DNA of 64,000 nucleotides from Candidatus Marinacidobacterales bacterium. GTDB lineage: Bacteria > Acidobacteriota > Vicinamibacteria > Marinacidobacterales > DATDRI01. Made by a program: the position numbers and the translations under genes. Under the pieces are notes generated by a model, which made no database searches, was not told where the DNA came from, and was given only the letters and a program-made list of their open reading frames with translations. Where the stretch lies: the NCBI GenBank assembly GCA_965226495.1, contig OZ245365.1, positions 3,360,001 to 3,424,000 of the forward strand. The letters run 5' to 3'. Of this stretch, positions 30,847 to 40,730 are shown piece after piece (positions within the stretch are counted from its first letter, which is position 1; the number at the start of each line of letters is the position of its first letter).

Positions 30847-31596
30847 TCAGAGAGTTTCGCTATCGCGTAAGGGGTCGTAAACGCTGCGAATGACGACGGG
30901 CTGTTTGAAGCGGTCGTTCTCCAAGCGAACAGTCACCACCATCACACTGCCGTCGGGCGCGAGTGCGAACGTTCGGGTGAACTTGGCCGAGTCGGCCTCC
31001 TCTTCGATGATGATCTGATCACCCCTCTTATGAGCGACGGTCTCCAGATCGACACCGCCAGGGGTCTGTCGCTTATGCTTTTTTCCATCCAAGTAGTAGA
31101 TGTGTACGTTCTCTGATCCGTCGACGACGCGGATCTCGGTGTCACTCAGGCTGATCTCCAACGTCTGCGCGGCGTGCATAGCCTGGCTCATCGTCTCTCG
31201 CATGGCCTCCATCTTCTCGGAGCCGCCTCCGCGGCCGCCGCCACGACCGCCCTTGCCACCTTGAGGTCGGCCGCCACCACCACCAAATCCTCCACCGCCT
31301 TGACGACCGCCTTCCCCACCGCCCATGCCGCCCTGCTGTCCGGTCCGCCCCCCTTGGCCTCTTAAGGCCCCTTGCATCTTCTCTCGGGGGTCATCGCTCT
31401 CATCCGGGTTGCGTTCCCAAATGCCGCCCCAAATGCTATTGTCGCTCGGCGATTCTTCGCTAGCCTCGGTTTCCTGAGCGGCGGTAAGAGAAACGCTCAT
31501 CGCCAAGGCGAACAACACGAATAGCACGGCGACGACGAGGTAATCGAGTACCCTGTTTCGCTTCCGCTCGTTGGGTTGTCTCGTGTCACGTTTCAT
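30847..31596 (-). CDS. Secreted hypothetical protein with Gly-rich insert
   Basis: Signal-like helix, G.W.RNPD.SDDP, Gly-rich stretch, beta-rich C-terminus. Confidence 0.7.
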   Translation of the reverse strand: MKRDTRQPNERKRNRVLDYLVVAVLFVLFALAMSVSLTAAQETEASEESPSDNSIWGGIWERNPDESDDPREKMQGALRGQGGRTGQQGGMGGGEGGRQGGGGFGGGGGRPQGGKGGRGGGRGGGSEKMEAMRETMSQAMHAAQTLEISLSDTEIRVVDGSENVHIYYLDGKKHKRQTPGGVDLETVAHKRGDQIIIEEEADSAKFTRTFALAPDGSVMVVTVRLENDRFKQPVVIRSVYDPLRDSETL

Positions 31597-31610
31597 CTCG
31601 ACTCTCCGAT

Positions 31611-32198
31611 CTAGAGCTCTTTATCCTGCTTGCGCTGTAGGCGTTCCTCGCGGAATTGCTCGCGATTCTCCTTGAATTCTTCGTGGTGCTGCTCGGCCTC
31701 TGCATGCAGTTGCTCGAGCTTCGCTCTCTGATCGGAATCGAGCACCTTGACCACCGCCGAAAGCTGTCGCGCCTTGAGAAACGCCGCGTGCGCCTCTGAC
31801 TTTCCTACCGCCTCCGCGGTCTGTCGGAGAATGGCCTCATCCTCTCCCCTTAGCGACGCTTCCTGCAGCAAGTTCTTTGCGGCGTAGAGCTGCTCATGCG
31901 CGTCTTTGAACAACTCGAAATGCCCCTGCATCCCCTCTCGAATGGCGTCCTTCTGCTCCGGGCGTAGATCGAGCTCTCGGAGCATCCTCATGAAATCCAT
32001 GCCGCCACGAGGACCGTGCCCCGGTCCGCCGCGACCGCGACGACCGCGCCAATGTTCCTCAGACGGTTCTTTTGATTCTTGTGAACCAGCTTCGAGTGCC
32101 TCGCTGTTGGCAGGGACGGCGGCGACCGAACCTGCGCCCACTATGATGGTAGCCAACGCGAGGAGGCTCATCCAACTAACCAGTTTCTTTGTGTTCAT
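31611..32198 (-). CDS. Spy/CpxP family periplasmic chaperone
   Basis: Signal peptide, LDLRPEQK and VLDSDQRAKL (LTxxQ-like) motifs; RBS before MNTKK. Confidence 0.8.
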   Translation of the reverse strand: MNTKKLVSWMSLLALATIIVGAGSVAAVPANSEALEAGSQESKEPSEEHWRGRRGRGGPGHGPRGGMDFMRMLRELDLRPEQKDAIREGMQGHFELFKDAHEQLYAAKNLLQEASLRGEDEAILRQTAEAVGKSEAHAAFLKARQLSAVVKVLDSDQRAKLEQLHAEAEQHHEEFKENREQFREERLQRKQDKEL

Positions 32199-32286
32199 CG
32201 CTTGTTGCTCCTTTCCTCCACCTGTCGGGGCGGATTCGAATCTGTTTTCCATCAAACCTAGCCTAGCGCGGCGAAACGAAAAAGTG

Positions 32287-32323
32287 GTTAAGTCTTGGAT
32301 AAGAATTTGTAAAGAATGTAAAA
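32287..32323. promoter_or_regulatory. Tandem direct repeats, candidate OmpR/CpxR-type binding site
   Basis: GTTAAG, GATAAG and GTAAAG at 11-bp spacing, then GTAAAA, in an AT-rich divergent promoter. Confidence 0.5.
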
Positions 32324-32364
32324 TCTCGATGCGCTGCAACGCACTGTAAACGCAGGATGTTAGA

Positions 32365-34173
32365 ATGTCAGTGATGTCATCCTACCGCCCGAGCGTACCC
32401 GTCAACTTGAAGACCGCGGTGGGGCTCCTCGCCCTGCTTACGCTCCTTGCGATCCTCCAGTATCGATGGCTCGGCCAGGTGAGCGAGGCCGAGCACGAGA
32501 GGATGAGCGCCAACCTCCGCACCGCGATCACGAACTTCGCAAATGACTTCGACCGAGAAATCGCGCGCGCTTTCCTCTATTTCCATCTGAATCCGAGAGT
32601 GGACATGACATCGCGCACCGATCACCTCGCGGAGCGATACCGCCTTTGGCAGGACGAATCCCCGGACCCGGAGCTGGTCAAGGGCCTCTTCCTGGCCGAG
32701 CGCAACAACGAGGGTCGCCTAGAGCTGATGCGCCTCGATCCGGCGCGAGGTCGGTTCGAGTCGACGTCCTGGACCGGCGAGCTCGATCCGCTGCGGCAGC
32801 GACTCCAGGATCGGCGTGTCTCAGGTCCTCTTCAACGAGAACCGATGCCGCTTCTTGTCCGCGACGACATTCCGGCACTCGTGATCCCCGCCCCCCCATC
32901 CGGATCACGAAGCCGATTCGGTGACCGACGAGAGCGATTCACCAAACCCCAACTGGACGCTTTCGTCATCGTTCAGCTCGCGCTCCCGTATATCGAAGAC
33001 ACGTTTCTGCCCGAGCTAGCGAGTCGCTATTTCGAAACGCGAGGGAGGCTCGACTACGAGCTGGTCGTTTTCCGCGTCGACGGCTTACGGACGATCCTCT
33101 TTCAGTCTGACGCGGGTCATTCTTTCGTGGAAGGCGATGCTAGCGCGGAACTACTCGGCCCCGTCCGCTTCGAAGATCTTCGTCGTCTATGGCTCGAGAC
33201 AGGATTCGGAATGGAAGGTCGCCCACCGGGAGGACAACCGTTCGGACGAGGCCGATCCCGCGGCTCGCGGTTTCCCGACACCGAGGTTGAGGAGGTCGGC
33301 GCTTGGCGGCTAGTAGTGCGCCATCGGGCCGGATCTCTCGAGGCCGCGGTCTCCCAAGCGCGCCGCCGCAATCTCGCCGTCAGTCTCGGTATCCTCGCTC
33401 TTCTGGCTGTGAGTGTCGCCATGATCGTTCTCTCCACGCAGCGTGCTCAGCGATTGGCGAAGCAACAAGTTGAGTTCGTGGCCGGTGTCACTCACGAGCT
33501 CCAGACTCCGCTCGCCGTGATTCGTTCCGCCGGCCAGAATCTCGCCGATGGGGTCGTAGATGGGCCGAAACAAACCAGAGAGTACGGTTCTCTCGTCGAA
33601 AAGGAGGGGCGGCGTCTCTCAGGCATGGTCGATCAGGTGTTGGAGTTCGCGGGACTGCAATCGCAAGGGAGGGCTCTCGCCATCGAGGCGGTTCCGATCG
33701 ATCGCGTCATCGAGTCCGCCCTTTCCGACTGTGGAGCCGCGATAGAGGAATCGGGGGTCCGAGTGGACAAAGAGGTCGTGCCCCACCTCGCCGCTATGGC
33801 CGATGCGCCTGCCTTGCGACGCGCGATTCAAAACCTAGTCGATAACGCGATCAAGTACGGCGGAGATGAAAAATGGGTCGGCATTCGTGCGAAGGCTAGC
33901 AGGGAAGGCAGAAAACGCGAAGTCCTGATCACGATAGCCGACAACGGGCCCGGCATCCCGGCAGAGGATCTGCCTCACGTTTTCGAGCCTTTCTATCGCG
34001 GGAAAAAGGCCCAGGCCGGACGAGCGCGTGGGAGCGGCCTAGGGCTCGCACTGGTTCGCCAAATCATCGAGGGACACGGTGGGAGAATCACCGTCAAGAG
34101 CGCCAAGGGACAAGGTGCGACTTTCCACATTCACCTCCCTCACATCCCTGCAGGCACCGAGCCAAACAAATAG
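32365..34173 (+). CDS. Sensor histidine kinase
   Basis: Two TM helices, H-box VTHELQTPL, NLVDNAIKY, DNGPG, GSGLGL; start may be 32374. Confidence 0.93.
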   Translation: MSVMSSYRPSVPVNLKTAVGLLALLTLLAILQYRWLGQVSEAEHERMSANLRTAITNFANDFDREIARAFLYFHLNPRVDMTSRTDHLAERYRLWQDESPDPELVKGLFLAERNNEGRLELMRLDPARGRFESTSWTGELDPLRQRLQDRRVSGPLQREPMPLLVRDDIPALVIPAPPSGSRSRFGDRRERFTKPQLDAFVIVQLALPYIEDTFLPELASRYFETRGRLDYELVVFRVDGLRTILFQSDAGHSFVEGDASAELLGPVRFEDLRRLWLETGFGMEGRPPGGQPFGRGRSRGSRFPDTEVEEVGAWRLVVRHRAGSLEAAVSQARRRNLAVSLGILALLAVSVAMIVLSTQRAQRLAKQQVEFVAGVTHELQTPLAVIRSAGQNLADGVVDGPKQTREYGSLVEKEGRRLSGMVDQVLEFAGLQSQGRALAIEAVPIDRVIESALSDCGAAIEESGVRVDKEVVPHLAAMADAPALRRAIQNLVDNAIKYGGDEKWVGIRAKASREGRKREVLITIADNGPGIPAEDLPHVFEPFYRGKKAQAGRARGSGLGLALVRQIIEGHGGRITVKSAKGQGATFHIHLPHIPAGTEPNK

Positions 34174-34185
34174 AAGCCAGTCAAA

Positions 34186-34872
34186 ATGAAATCCAGAGTC
34201 TTGCTGGTCGAGGACGAGCCCGGTCTCGTGTTGACCTTGAGTGATCGACTCGCCAAAGAGGGATACGCGGTGGCGGCGGCCGCCGACGGCGAGGAAGGCT
34301 TGAGGCAGGCGACTTCGGAGTCGTTTGATCTCGTTATCTTGGACGTGATGCTTCCAGGCAAGAGTGGTTTCGATGTGTGTCGCGATCTACGCCAAAAGGG
34401 GTTTCAGAAGCCGATCCTCATGCTGACGGCCCGGGGACAGGTCACCGACAAGGTCGTGGGTCTGAAGCTGGGAGCAGACGACTACCTTACGAAGCCCTTC
34501 GAAATGATGGAGCTCTTGGCGCGCATCGAGGCCTTGCTACGCCGCACCCCTACCGGAGAAGCCGCTCCCACCGGAACGTATCGATTCGGCAACGTCGAGA
34601 TCGACTTCCGACGCGCCGAAGTATCGCGCGACGGAAAACCGATAGAGCTCTCTGCCCTCGAGCTCAAGCTCCTTCGTTACTTTATCGAGCACCGCGGGGC
34701 GACCATCTCGAGGGACGAGCTTCTCAACGAGGTCTGGGGTTACGATTCGATGCCGCACTCACGGACGGTGGACGTCCACGTCTCCTGGCTACGCCAAAAA
34801 ATAGAAACGAATCCCTCTCATCCCGAGTTCATCGTGACGATTCATGGGCTAGGATATAAGTTCGTCGGCTAG
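34186..34872 (+). CDS. OmpR/PhoB-family response regulator
   Basis: LVEDE, LDVMLP, GADDYLTKPF, winged helix RTVDVHV..LRQKIE, GLGYKF. Confidence 0.95.
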   Translation: MKSRVLLVEDEPGLVLTLSDRLAKEGYAVAAAADGEEGLRQATSESFDLVILDVMLPGKSGFDVCRDLRQKGFQKPILMLTARGQVTDKVVGLKLGADDYLTKPFEMMELLARIEALLRRTPTGEAAPTGTYRFGNVEIDFRRAEVSRDGKPIELSALELKLLRYFIEHRGATISRDELLNEVWGYDSMPHSRTVDVHVSWLRQKIETNPSHPEFIVTIHGLGYKFVG

Positions 34873-34895
34873 TGCCCCCGACTGTAATGGGGCAC
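34872..34895. terminator. Hairpin between convergent genes
   Basis: GTGCCCC-10 nt-GGGGCAC. Confidence 0.45.
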
Positions 34896-34905
34896 CGGGT
34901 GTGCC

Positions 34906-36381
34906 TCAAATCATCCGTGCGGTGCCCGGTTCGCGGGCGATGAACTTTCCTTGCCCCACTCTTCCGGTGAACTTCTGATCCTCGACGACGACTTGTCCAC
35001 GAAGCAAGACCTTGGCCGGCACTCCCGTCACTTCCCTTCCTTCGTAAGGGTTGTAGTCGACCTTCATACGGTGGGTCTTAGCGCTAGTTCGTCGGACCTT
35101 GGCCGGCACTCCCGTCACTTCCCTTCCTTCGTAAGGGTTGTAGTCGACCTTCATACGGTGGGTCTTAGCGCTAATGGTCCATTTTGCATTCGGATCCCAT
35201 ATCAATAGGTCAGCGTCGGCACCTACGGTTATGGAACCCTTGCGCGGATAGAGTCCGAAGATCTTCGCCGGCTTCGTGCTGACGAGCTCGACGAAACGGT
35301 TGAGAGAAATCCGACCCGTTCGCACCCCACCATCGTGTAGGAGCATCAGACGAGTCTCGATACCGGGTGCGCCGTTGGGGATCTTGGAAAAGTCGTCCTT
35401 ACCGATCTCCTTCTGTTCCTTCATGCAGAAGCTGCAATGGTCGGTAGAGACCGCCTGAAGAGCGTCCGTCTTGATGCCGTTCCATAGTCGCTCCTCGTTG
35501 CCCTTTGGACGTAGTGGAGGAGACATCACGAACTTAGCGCCCTCGAATCCGGGTCGCTCGTAATCTTCGTCCGAAAGAAATAGATACTGAGGACACGTTT
35601 CGGCGTAGGCTGGAAATCCGCGTTCTCGGGCACGCCGGACCTCTTCCATGGCGTCGCCCGCAGACAGGTGGACGATATAGACAGGCACGTCGGCCATTTC
35701 GGCGAGTGCAATGGCGCGGCGCGTCGCTTCGGCCTCGGCACCCATCGGGCGCGTCAACGCGTGCCATTTCGGCTCGGTATGCCCCTCGGCCAGGGCGCGT
35801 TGCACGAGAGTATCGATGACTCCGCCATTCTCGGCGTGCATACAGACCAACCCACCGTTATCCTTGGTGCGGAGCAAGGCGCGAAAGATCGTCGCATCGT
35901 CCACCATGAAGACGCCGGGGTAGGCCATGAAGAGCTTGAAGCTGGTGATGCCCTCGCGAACCAATTCATCCATCTCCTTCAGGTGGGATTCCTTGAGCTC
36001 CCGCACGATGGTGTGAAAGGCGTAATCCATGGCCGCCTTTCCCTCGGCGCGACCGAACCAAGCGTCCACCCCGGCGCGCAGAGACTTTCCGAAATCTTGA
36101 ATTGCGAAATCGATAAGCGTCGTCGTACCACCGCAAACCGCCGCCGTCGTTCCGCTCTCCCAATCGTCTGCGGTCACCGTACCGCCAAATGGCATCTCTA
36201 GATGAGTATGGACGTCGATTCCGCCAGGCATCACGTACTTGCCGCTAGCGTCGATCGTCTCGTGCGCTTTCAGCTCCGTTCCTATGGTGGCGATCCTTTC
36301 GCCGCGGATACCGACGTCGGCGGTGTAGGTGTCGTCTGCGGTAACCACCGTGCCACCTTTTATGACCTTGTCCAGTGTCAT
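34906..36381 (-). CDS. hydA: Dihydropyrimidinase (D-hydantoinase) with a 29-aa internal duplication
   Basis: PGGIDVHTH, SFKLFMAY, HAENG, MSPPLR, TDHCSF, IPNGAPG. Confidence 0.93.
   Translation of the reverse strand: MTLDKVIKGGTVVTADDTYTADVGIRGERIATIGTELKAHETIDASGKYVMPGGIDVHTHLEMPFGGTVTADDWESGTTAAVCGGTTTLIDFAIQDFGKSLRAGVDAWFGRAEGKAAMDYAFHTIVRELKESHLKEMDELVREGITSFKLFMAYPGVFMVDDATIFRALLRTKDNGGLVCMHAENGGVIDTLVQRALAEGHTEPKWHALTRPMGAEAEATRRAIALAEMADVPVYIVHLSAGDAMEEVRRARERGFPAYAETCPQYLFLSDEDYERPGFEGAKFVMSPPLRPKGNEERLWNGIKTDALQAVSTDHCSFCMKEQKEIGKDDFSKIPNGAPGIETRLMLLHDGGVRTGRISLNRFVELVSTKPAKIFGLYPRKGSITVGADADLLIWDPNAKWTISAKTHRMKVDYNPYEGREVTGVPAKVRRTSAKTHRMKVDYNPYEGREVTGVPAKVLLRGQVVVEDQKFTGRVGQGKFIAREPGTARMI
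35008..35173. repeat. Exact 79-bp direct repeat with 8-bp spacer inside hydA
   Basis: 35008-35086 is identical to 35095-35173; period 87 bp, so in frame. Confidence 0.92.
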
Positions 36382-36522
36382 GGGATCCCCCCCTTATGAG
36401 GAAATTCGGAAGTTGAAGTTCAGAAAAAGAGAATACTGAGCTAGTTGCGCGAAAGCAAGCCTCCCGTAGCGTTTACACCCATGGTCGTAGCCCAATGATT
36501 CCCCAATAAGACAAGTAGAGCA

Positions 36523-36972
36523 TCACTGTGACGTTGGCGATTGAAACCAGCAAGGAATGAATGCGGACGCTTCCCAGCGATTTTCGAACTCGATCTCGGG
36601 GGCGAGATCGCTGAGCTTGTCATTCAAATCGAGCTTGCCCTGCTCTTGCAGCATCAGGACGGCAAGTCCCACGAAGCTCTTCGAGATGGAACCGATTCGG
36701 AAGAGCGTGTCCGGAGTGACCTTTCGCCCGGTGGCGAGGTCGACCCTGCCGATCCCCTCGAGCCATAGCACCTCGTCGCGCGACACCAACGCCACGCCCG
36801 CACCCACCGTCTTGCTCTCGTCCAAGATCTTTCGGAGGGCTTGCTCGAGCTCTGCCAGGTCTTTCGGTGACGCCGACTCGTTTTCTTATCCCGCCATAGA
36901 GAGCCGAGATATACCAAGACAGGAGCTGAGGAGGATGGTTGCCCAGAACCAACGCGGGCCCATGCGGCTCAT
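36523..36972 (-). pseudogene. Serine hydrolase (beta-lactamase family), truncated
   Basis: Signal peptide, in-frame TAA at 36886-36888, then TLFRIGSISKSF (SxxK); homology stops after FENRWE. Confidence 0.85.
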
Positions 36973-37170
36973 GCAGCCTACCCTACCATGAGGGCCCGTC
37001 TTGCGTTCGAGCCCCCCCCGCCCGCGGTGTTAGCCCATCCGCGCGCGGTGATAGTATGTTCGCCCCATGGGCGACCAGAAGGACGGCGCTCGTTACGGGA
37101 GAGGTCTCAGGCAGAGAACTGTTCGCTTTCGCACCCTCGCCGCTCGCAAGGGCGGGGGTTGGAGGACCGC

Positions 37171-39873
37171 ATGAATCCGAGAAACCGCCGTCTCGTCTTT
37201 CTCCTTCCCTTCCTGATCGGCCTGGCCACGATTGGCCATCCAGCCACCGCAGGAGAAGACTTCGAGTTCTGGCACGGTGCTCAGTACGACCCCGCGGTAC
37301 CCACGATGAATGCGGTCTTGGGCCACGCCCCCGGCGAGCGCATCGTCTCTCACGCCGAGCTCATGACCTACCTCCGCGCACTCGAGGCCGCCCAACCAGA
37401 TCGTATGAGAGTCGTGGAGTACGCCCGAAGCTGGGAGGGCCGTGAGCTAGTCAATGCGTTCATCGGATCGAAGCAAAACATCGCGAGAATGGATGAAATC
37501 AGTGACGGGATGAAGCGCCTGGCGGACCCACGCAAGACCTCCGAAAGTGAGGCACGTGATCTCATCGATTCCCTACCAGCGATCACCTGGCTGGCGTACG
37601 GAGTTCACGGAAACGAGATCTCCTCGCCCGACGCCAGCCTCTTGACCGCCTATCACCTTCTCGCAAGCCGGGGCGACGAGGTCGTAGACAGGATCCTGGC
37701 GAACACGCTGGTGGTGCTCGATCCCACCCAAAACCCCGACGGCCGGGACCGCTTCGTTCACAACTACCGCATCGCCGAGGGACTCGTCCCGCAAGCACAT
37801 CCTTTGGCGGCTGAGCACAACGAACCATGGCCTGGCGGACGGACCAATCATTACTACTTCGATTTGAACCGAGACTGGTTGGCTCTTACCCAACCGGAAA
37901 CGCGGGGGCGGGTTCGCACCCTGCAGGATTGGTTTCCGACCATCTTCGTCGATCTCCACGAGATGGGATCGAACTCGACGTACTACTTCTCGCCGGAGGC
38001 GCTCCCGTACAGTCCCCACATCACGTCGCGGCAACGTGCGAACCTCGAGACCTATGGTCGGAACAACGCCAAGTGGTTCGATCGCTTTGGCTTCGATTAC
38101 TTCACGCGCGAAGTCTTCGATGCCTTCTATCCTGGCTACGGAGCGAGCTGGCCCCTCTACCACGGGAGCATCGCAACGACCTATGAACAGGCCTCGGCGC
38201 GTGGGCTCGTGACGCGGCGGGCGGACAGTGTCGACCTCACCTTCCGGGAAACCGTGCGGCATCACTTCGTGAGCTCCATCTCGACGGCGGAGACCACCGC
38301 GCGCCATCGTTCTGAGCTCTTGGCCGATTTCTACCACTATCGTGCGACCGCCATCGAGGAAGGTCGGAGCGAGGCAATCCGTGAGTATATCCTCCCCAAT
38401 CGCGGCGACCGTTCGACCGTTCTCAAGCTAGCCAGCCTGATGGCCGAGCATGGAGTCGAGGTCCGCCGTTCCAACTCGACGCTTCGAGCCTGCGGCCGTG
38501 AGTACGCGGAGGGTAGCTACGCGATCTCGATGGCGCAGCCGACGAACCGGCTCATCCGAATGCTGCTCGATCCGGAAGTTCCCATGGAAGCGGACTTTCT
38601 CGAGGAACAGGAGCGACGACGACGGCGGCGCGAACCGGATGAAATCTACGACGTCACCGGTTGGTCTTTGCCCTTGATGTTCAACGTGGAATGCGTCCCT
38701 TGCGGCGAAGAGGCTCAGGGGGATTTCGAGAACGTGAAGCCTCCGCGTATCCTTCCGGGAGAACTGAAGGGTGACAAGGCGACGGTGGCGTACCTCGCGC
38801 CCTGGGGAACCGCGGCCGCAGCCAGGCTTCTCTCGGCGGCACTTCGCGAAGGGCTTAGGGTCTTCAGCACCGACAAGCCTTTCACTCAGAGCGGCAGGCG
38901 GTTCCCTTCTGGGACACTCATCTTTAAGGTGAGCCAGAACCCGGCGAACCTGCACGACATTCTTACATCGCTCTCCTATTCGACCGGCGCAGAGATTCAC
39001 AGCACCGATACCGGCTGGGTCGAGGAAGGCGTCAACTTCGGCAGTCGCAACGTCGTCCACGTCCGACGACCGAGAGTGGCTCTGGCTTGGGATCGGCCCA
39101 CCCGCGCCTACTCCGCCGGCTCGACGCGCTTCGTCCTCGAGCGGCAGTTCGATTACCCGGTTACACCGATCCGCACTCGGCAGCTCGTCGACGCTGACTT
39201 GAGTCTCTTCGACGTCTTGATCCTCCCGGATGGAACGTACGACTCGGCCTTCCCTTCGGCTACTGCGGAGCGACTCGAAGCCTGGGTTCGAGCCGGTGGC
39301 ACGCTCATCGGTGTGGCAGGCGCCGTCGACTACCTAGCAGACGACGATGTGGGACTACTGAGCCTCCAGCGGGAGAGAAGGGCTGGCAAAGCCGCCGAGG
39401 AAAAGATCAAGCCGAACGATTCCAACGGCAGCACCGAAGGAAGTCTCCTCGCTAGCGAAAGTGACTACCTAGAGGCCATCGAGCCGGAGTCGGAACAACC
39501 CGACAGCGTCCCGGGAGTGCTGGTGCGGGCACGACTCGATCCCGATAGCTGGGTGACCGCCGGCCTCGAAGGCTCGGTCAACGCCCTTGTCAATGGACGA
39601 CGGATCTTCTCGCCCATCACTCTCGACCATGGACTGAACGCGGCGACGTTCGCCGGAGCAGACGAGCTGGTGGCGAGCGGCTACATGTGGGAGGAGAATC
39701 GACGACAACTCGCCTATAAGCCTTTCGTCGTCGTCGAGAGTCACGGTCGCGGTGTGGTCGTAGGATTCACGACGGATCCAACATTCCGCGCCTATCTGGA
39801 TGGCTTGAATGTCTTGTTTCTGAACGCCGTCTTCCGCGCTCCGGCACGAGCCCGCCCAGCGGTCGCCCCCTAA
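37171..39873 (+). CDS. M14 family zinc carboxypeptidase (secreted, with C-terminal GATase-like domain)
   Basis: GVHGNE, NPDGRDR, DLNRDW, DLHEMG; GGAGG RBS before MNPRN. Confidence 0.9.
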   Translation: MNPRNRRLVFLLPFLIGLATIGHPATAGEDFEFWHGAQYDPAVPTMNAVLGHAPGERIVSHAELMTYLRALEAAQPDRMRVVEYARSWEGRELVNAFIGSKQNIARMDEISDGMKRLADPRKTSESEARDLIDSLPAITWLAYGVHGNEISSPDASLLTAYHLLASRGDEVVDRILANTLVVLDPTQNPDGRDRFVHNYRIAEGLVPQAHPLAAEHNEPWPGGRTNHYYFDLNRDWLALTQPETRGRVRTLQDWFPTIFVDLHEMGSNSTYYFSPEALPYSPHITSRQRANLETYGRNNAKWFDRFGFDYFTREVFDAFYPGYGASWPLYHGSIATTYEQASARGLVTRRADSVDLTFRETVRHHFVSSISTAETTARHRSELLADFYHYRATAIEEGRSEAIREYILPNRGDRSTVLKLASLMAEHGVEVRRSNSTLRACGREYAEGSYAISMAQPTNRLIRMLLDPEVPMEADFLEEQERRRRRREPDEIYDVTGWSLPLMFNVECVPCGEEAQGDFENVKPPRILPGELKGDKATVAYLAPWGTAAAARLLSAALREGLRVFSTDKPFTQSGRRFPSGTLIFKVSQNPANLHDILTSLSYSTGAEIHSTDTGWVEEGVNFGSRNVVHVRRPRVALAWDRPTRAYSAGSTRFVLERQFDYPVTPIRTRQLVDADLSLFDVLILPDGTYDSAFPSATAERLEAWVRAGGTLIGVAGAVDYLADDDVGLLSLQRERRAGKAAEEKIKPNDSNGSTEGSLLASESDYLEAIEPESEQPDSVPGVLVRARLDPDSWVTAGLEGSVNALVNGRRIFSPITLDHGLNAATFAGADELVASGYMWEENRRQLAYKPFVVVESHGRGVVVGFTTDPTFRAYLDGLNVLFLNAVFRAPARARPAVAP

Positions 39874-39895
39874 CTTAGTGCCGTTCTTCCCTTAC

Positions 39896-39938
39896 TCCCT
39901 CTCCCCTCTCCGGCACGGGAGAGGGCCGGGGTGAGGGG
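39896..39938. repeat. REP-like palindromic element (same family), divergent copy
   Basis: tccctctccc...gggagagggccggggtgagggg between convergent stops. Confidence 0.75.
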
Positions 39939-40730
39939 TTACGGCTCCGCCCAAATCAGTATACGTTTGAAAGTGAAAAGGAACGGGCGCGCGTCGCTTA
40001 GTCGAGGTAGCAGCCGATCCCGATACCGCCCGAGAAAATCTCGGAACTCTTCATCGGACAATAGGCGCTCGTAAGCTGTAAGCAGGGAGCCCTTCAGCCA
40101 CTCCACGACCTCTTCCTTCAAAGCCAGGCGGTGCGGGTATACCTGTAATCGAACGTGTTGCTCCCGGTAGCCCAGTTCCTCGAGGAGCGAGGAATAGTCT
40201 TCGGGCTCGAGGACGAAGAGCGGATGGGTATACCCCCCGAGTGCTTCGCGAAAAGGCGATTCCTCAGCAATTTCTCGTGCGGTCTCGTGAAAGACGTGAT
40301 CGAAGTTCGCGGGAACCTGTATGGCAAGTTGCCCGTCGTCGGCGAGTGTCGTCGTGAGCCGGGTGAGAAGCCGTCGATGATCCGGGACCCAGTGTAAGGC
40401 GGCGTTCGAGAAAACGAGGTCGTACTCGGCTTGTGCGTCAATGTTAGCCGGGTCGGCGAAATCAGCAATGTCTTCGTGGCGAAAGCTCAGTCTCTCGTCG
40501 GCCCACGTGCCTGCCTTTTCGAGCATGGCTTCGGAGCTATCGATGCCAACGGTCTTCAGCGCCCCCAAACGGCGATGGAGCTCATCGGTCAGCTCTCCAG
40601 GCCCGCATCCTAGATCCACGACTCGCATCTGCGACTTCGAGCGCACCAGTGCCAAAAGATCGAAGAAGGGCTGTTTGCGCTCCACCCGAAACTGCCCGTA
40701 CTGCATCGGGTCCCAGGGATCTCTTTTCAT
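39939..40730 (-). CDS. tam: Trans-aconitate 2-methyltransferase
   Basis: WDP.QY..F..ER..PF.DLL, VDLGCGPG, SNAALHWVPDH, LAIQVP.N. Confidence 0.9.
   Translation of the reverse strand: MKRDPWDPMQYGQFRVERKQPFFDLLALVRSKSQMRVVDLGCGPGELTDELHRRLGALKTVGIDSSEAMLEKAGTWADERLSFRHEDIADFADPANIDAQAEYDLVFSNAALHWVPDHRRLLTRLTTTLADDGQLAIQVPANFDHVFHETAREIAEESPFREALGGYTHPLFVLEPEDYSSLLEELGYREQHVRLQVYPHRLALKEEVVEWLKGSLLTAYERLLSDEEFRDFLGRYRDRLLPRLSDARPFLFTFKRILIWAEP

Noticed and set aside
35008-35173. Direct repeats as a CRISPR array or att sites
   Set aside because: Only two 79-bp copies with an 8-bp spacer, inside a CDS; no cas or integrase gene nearby.
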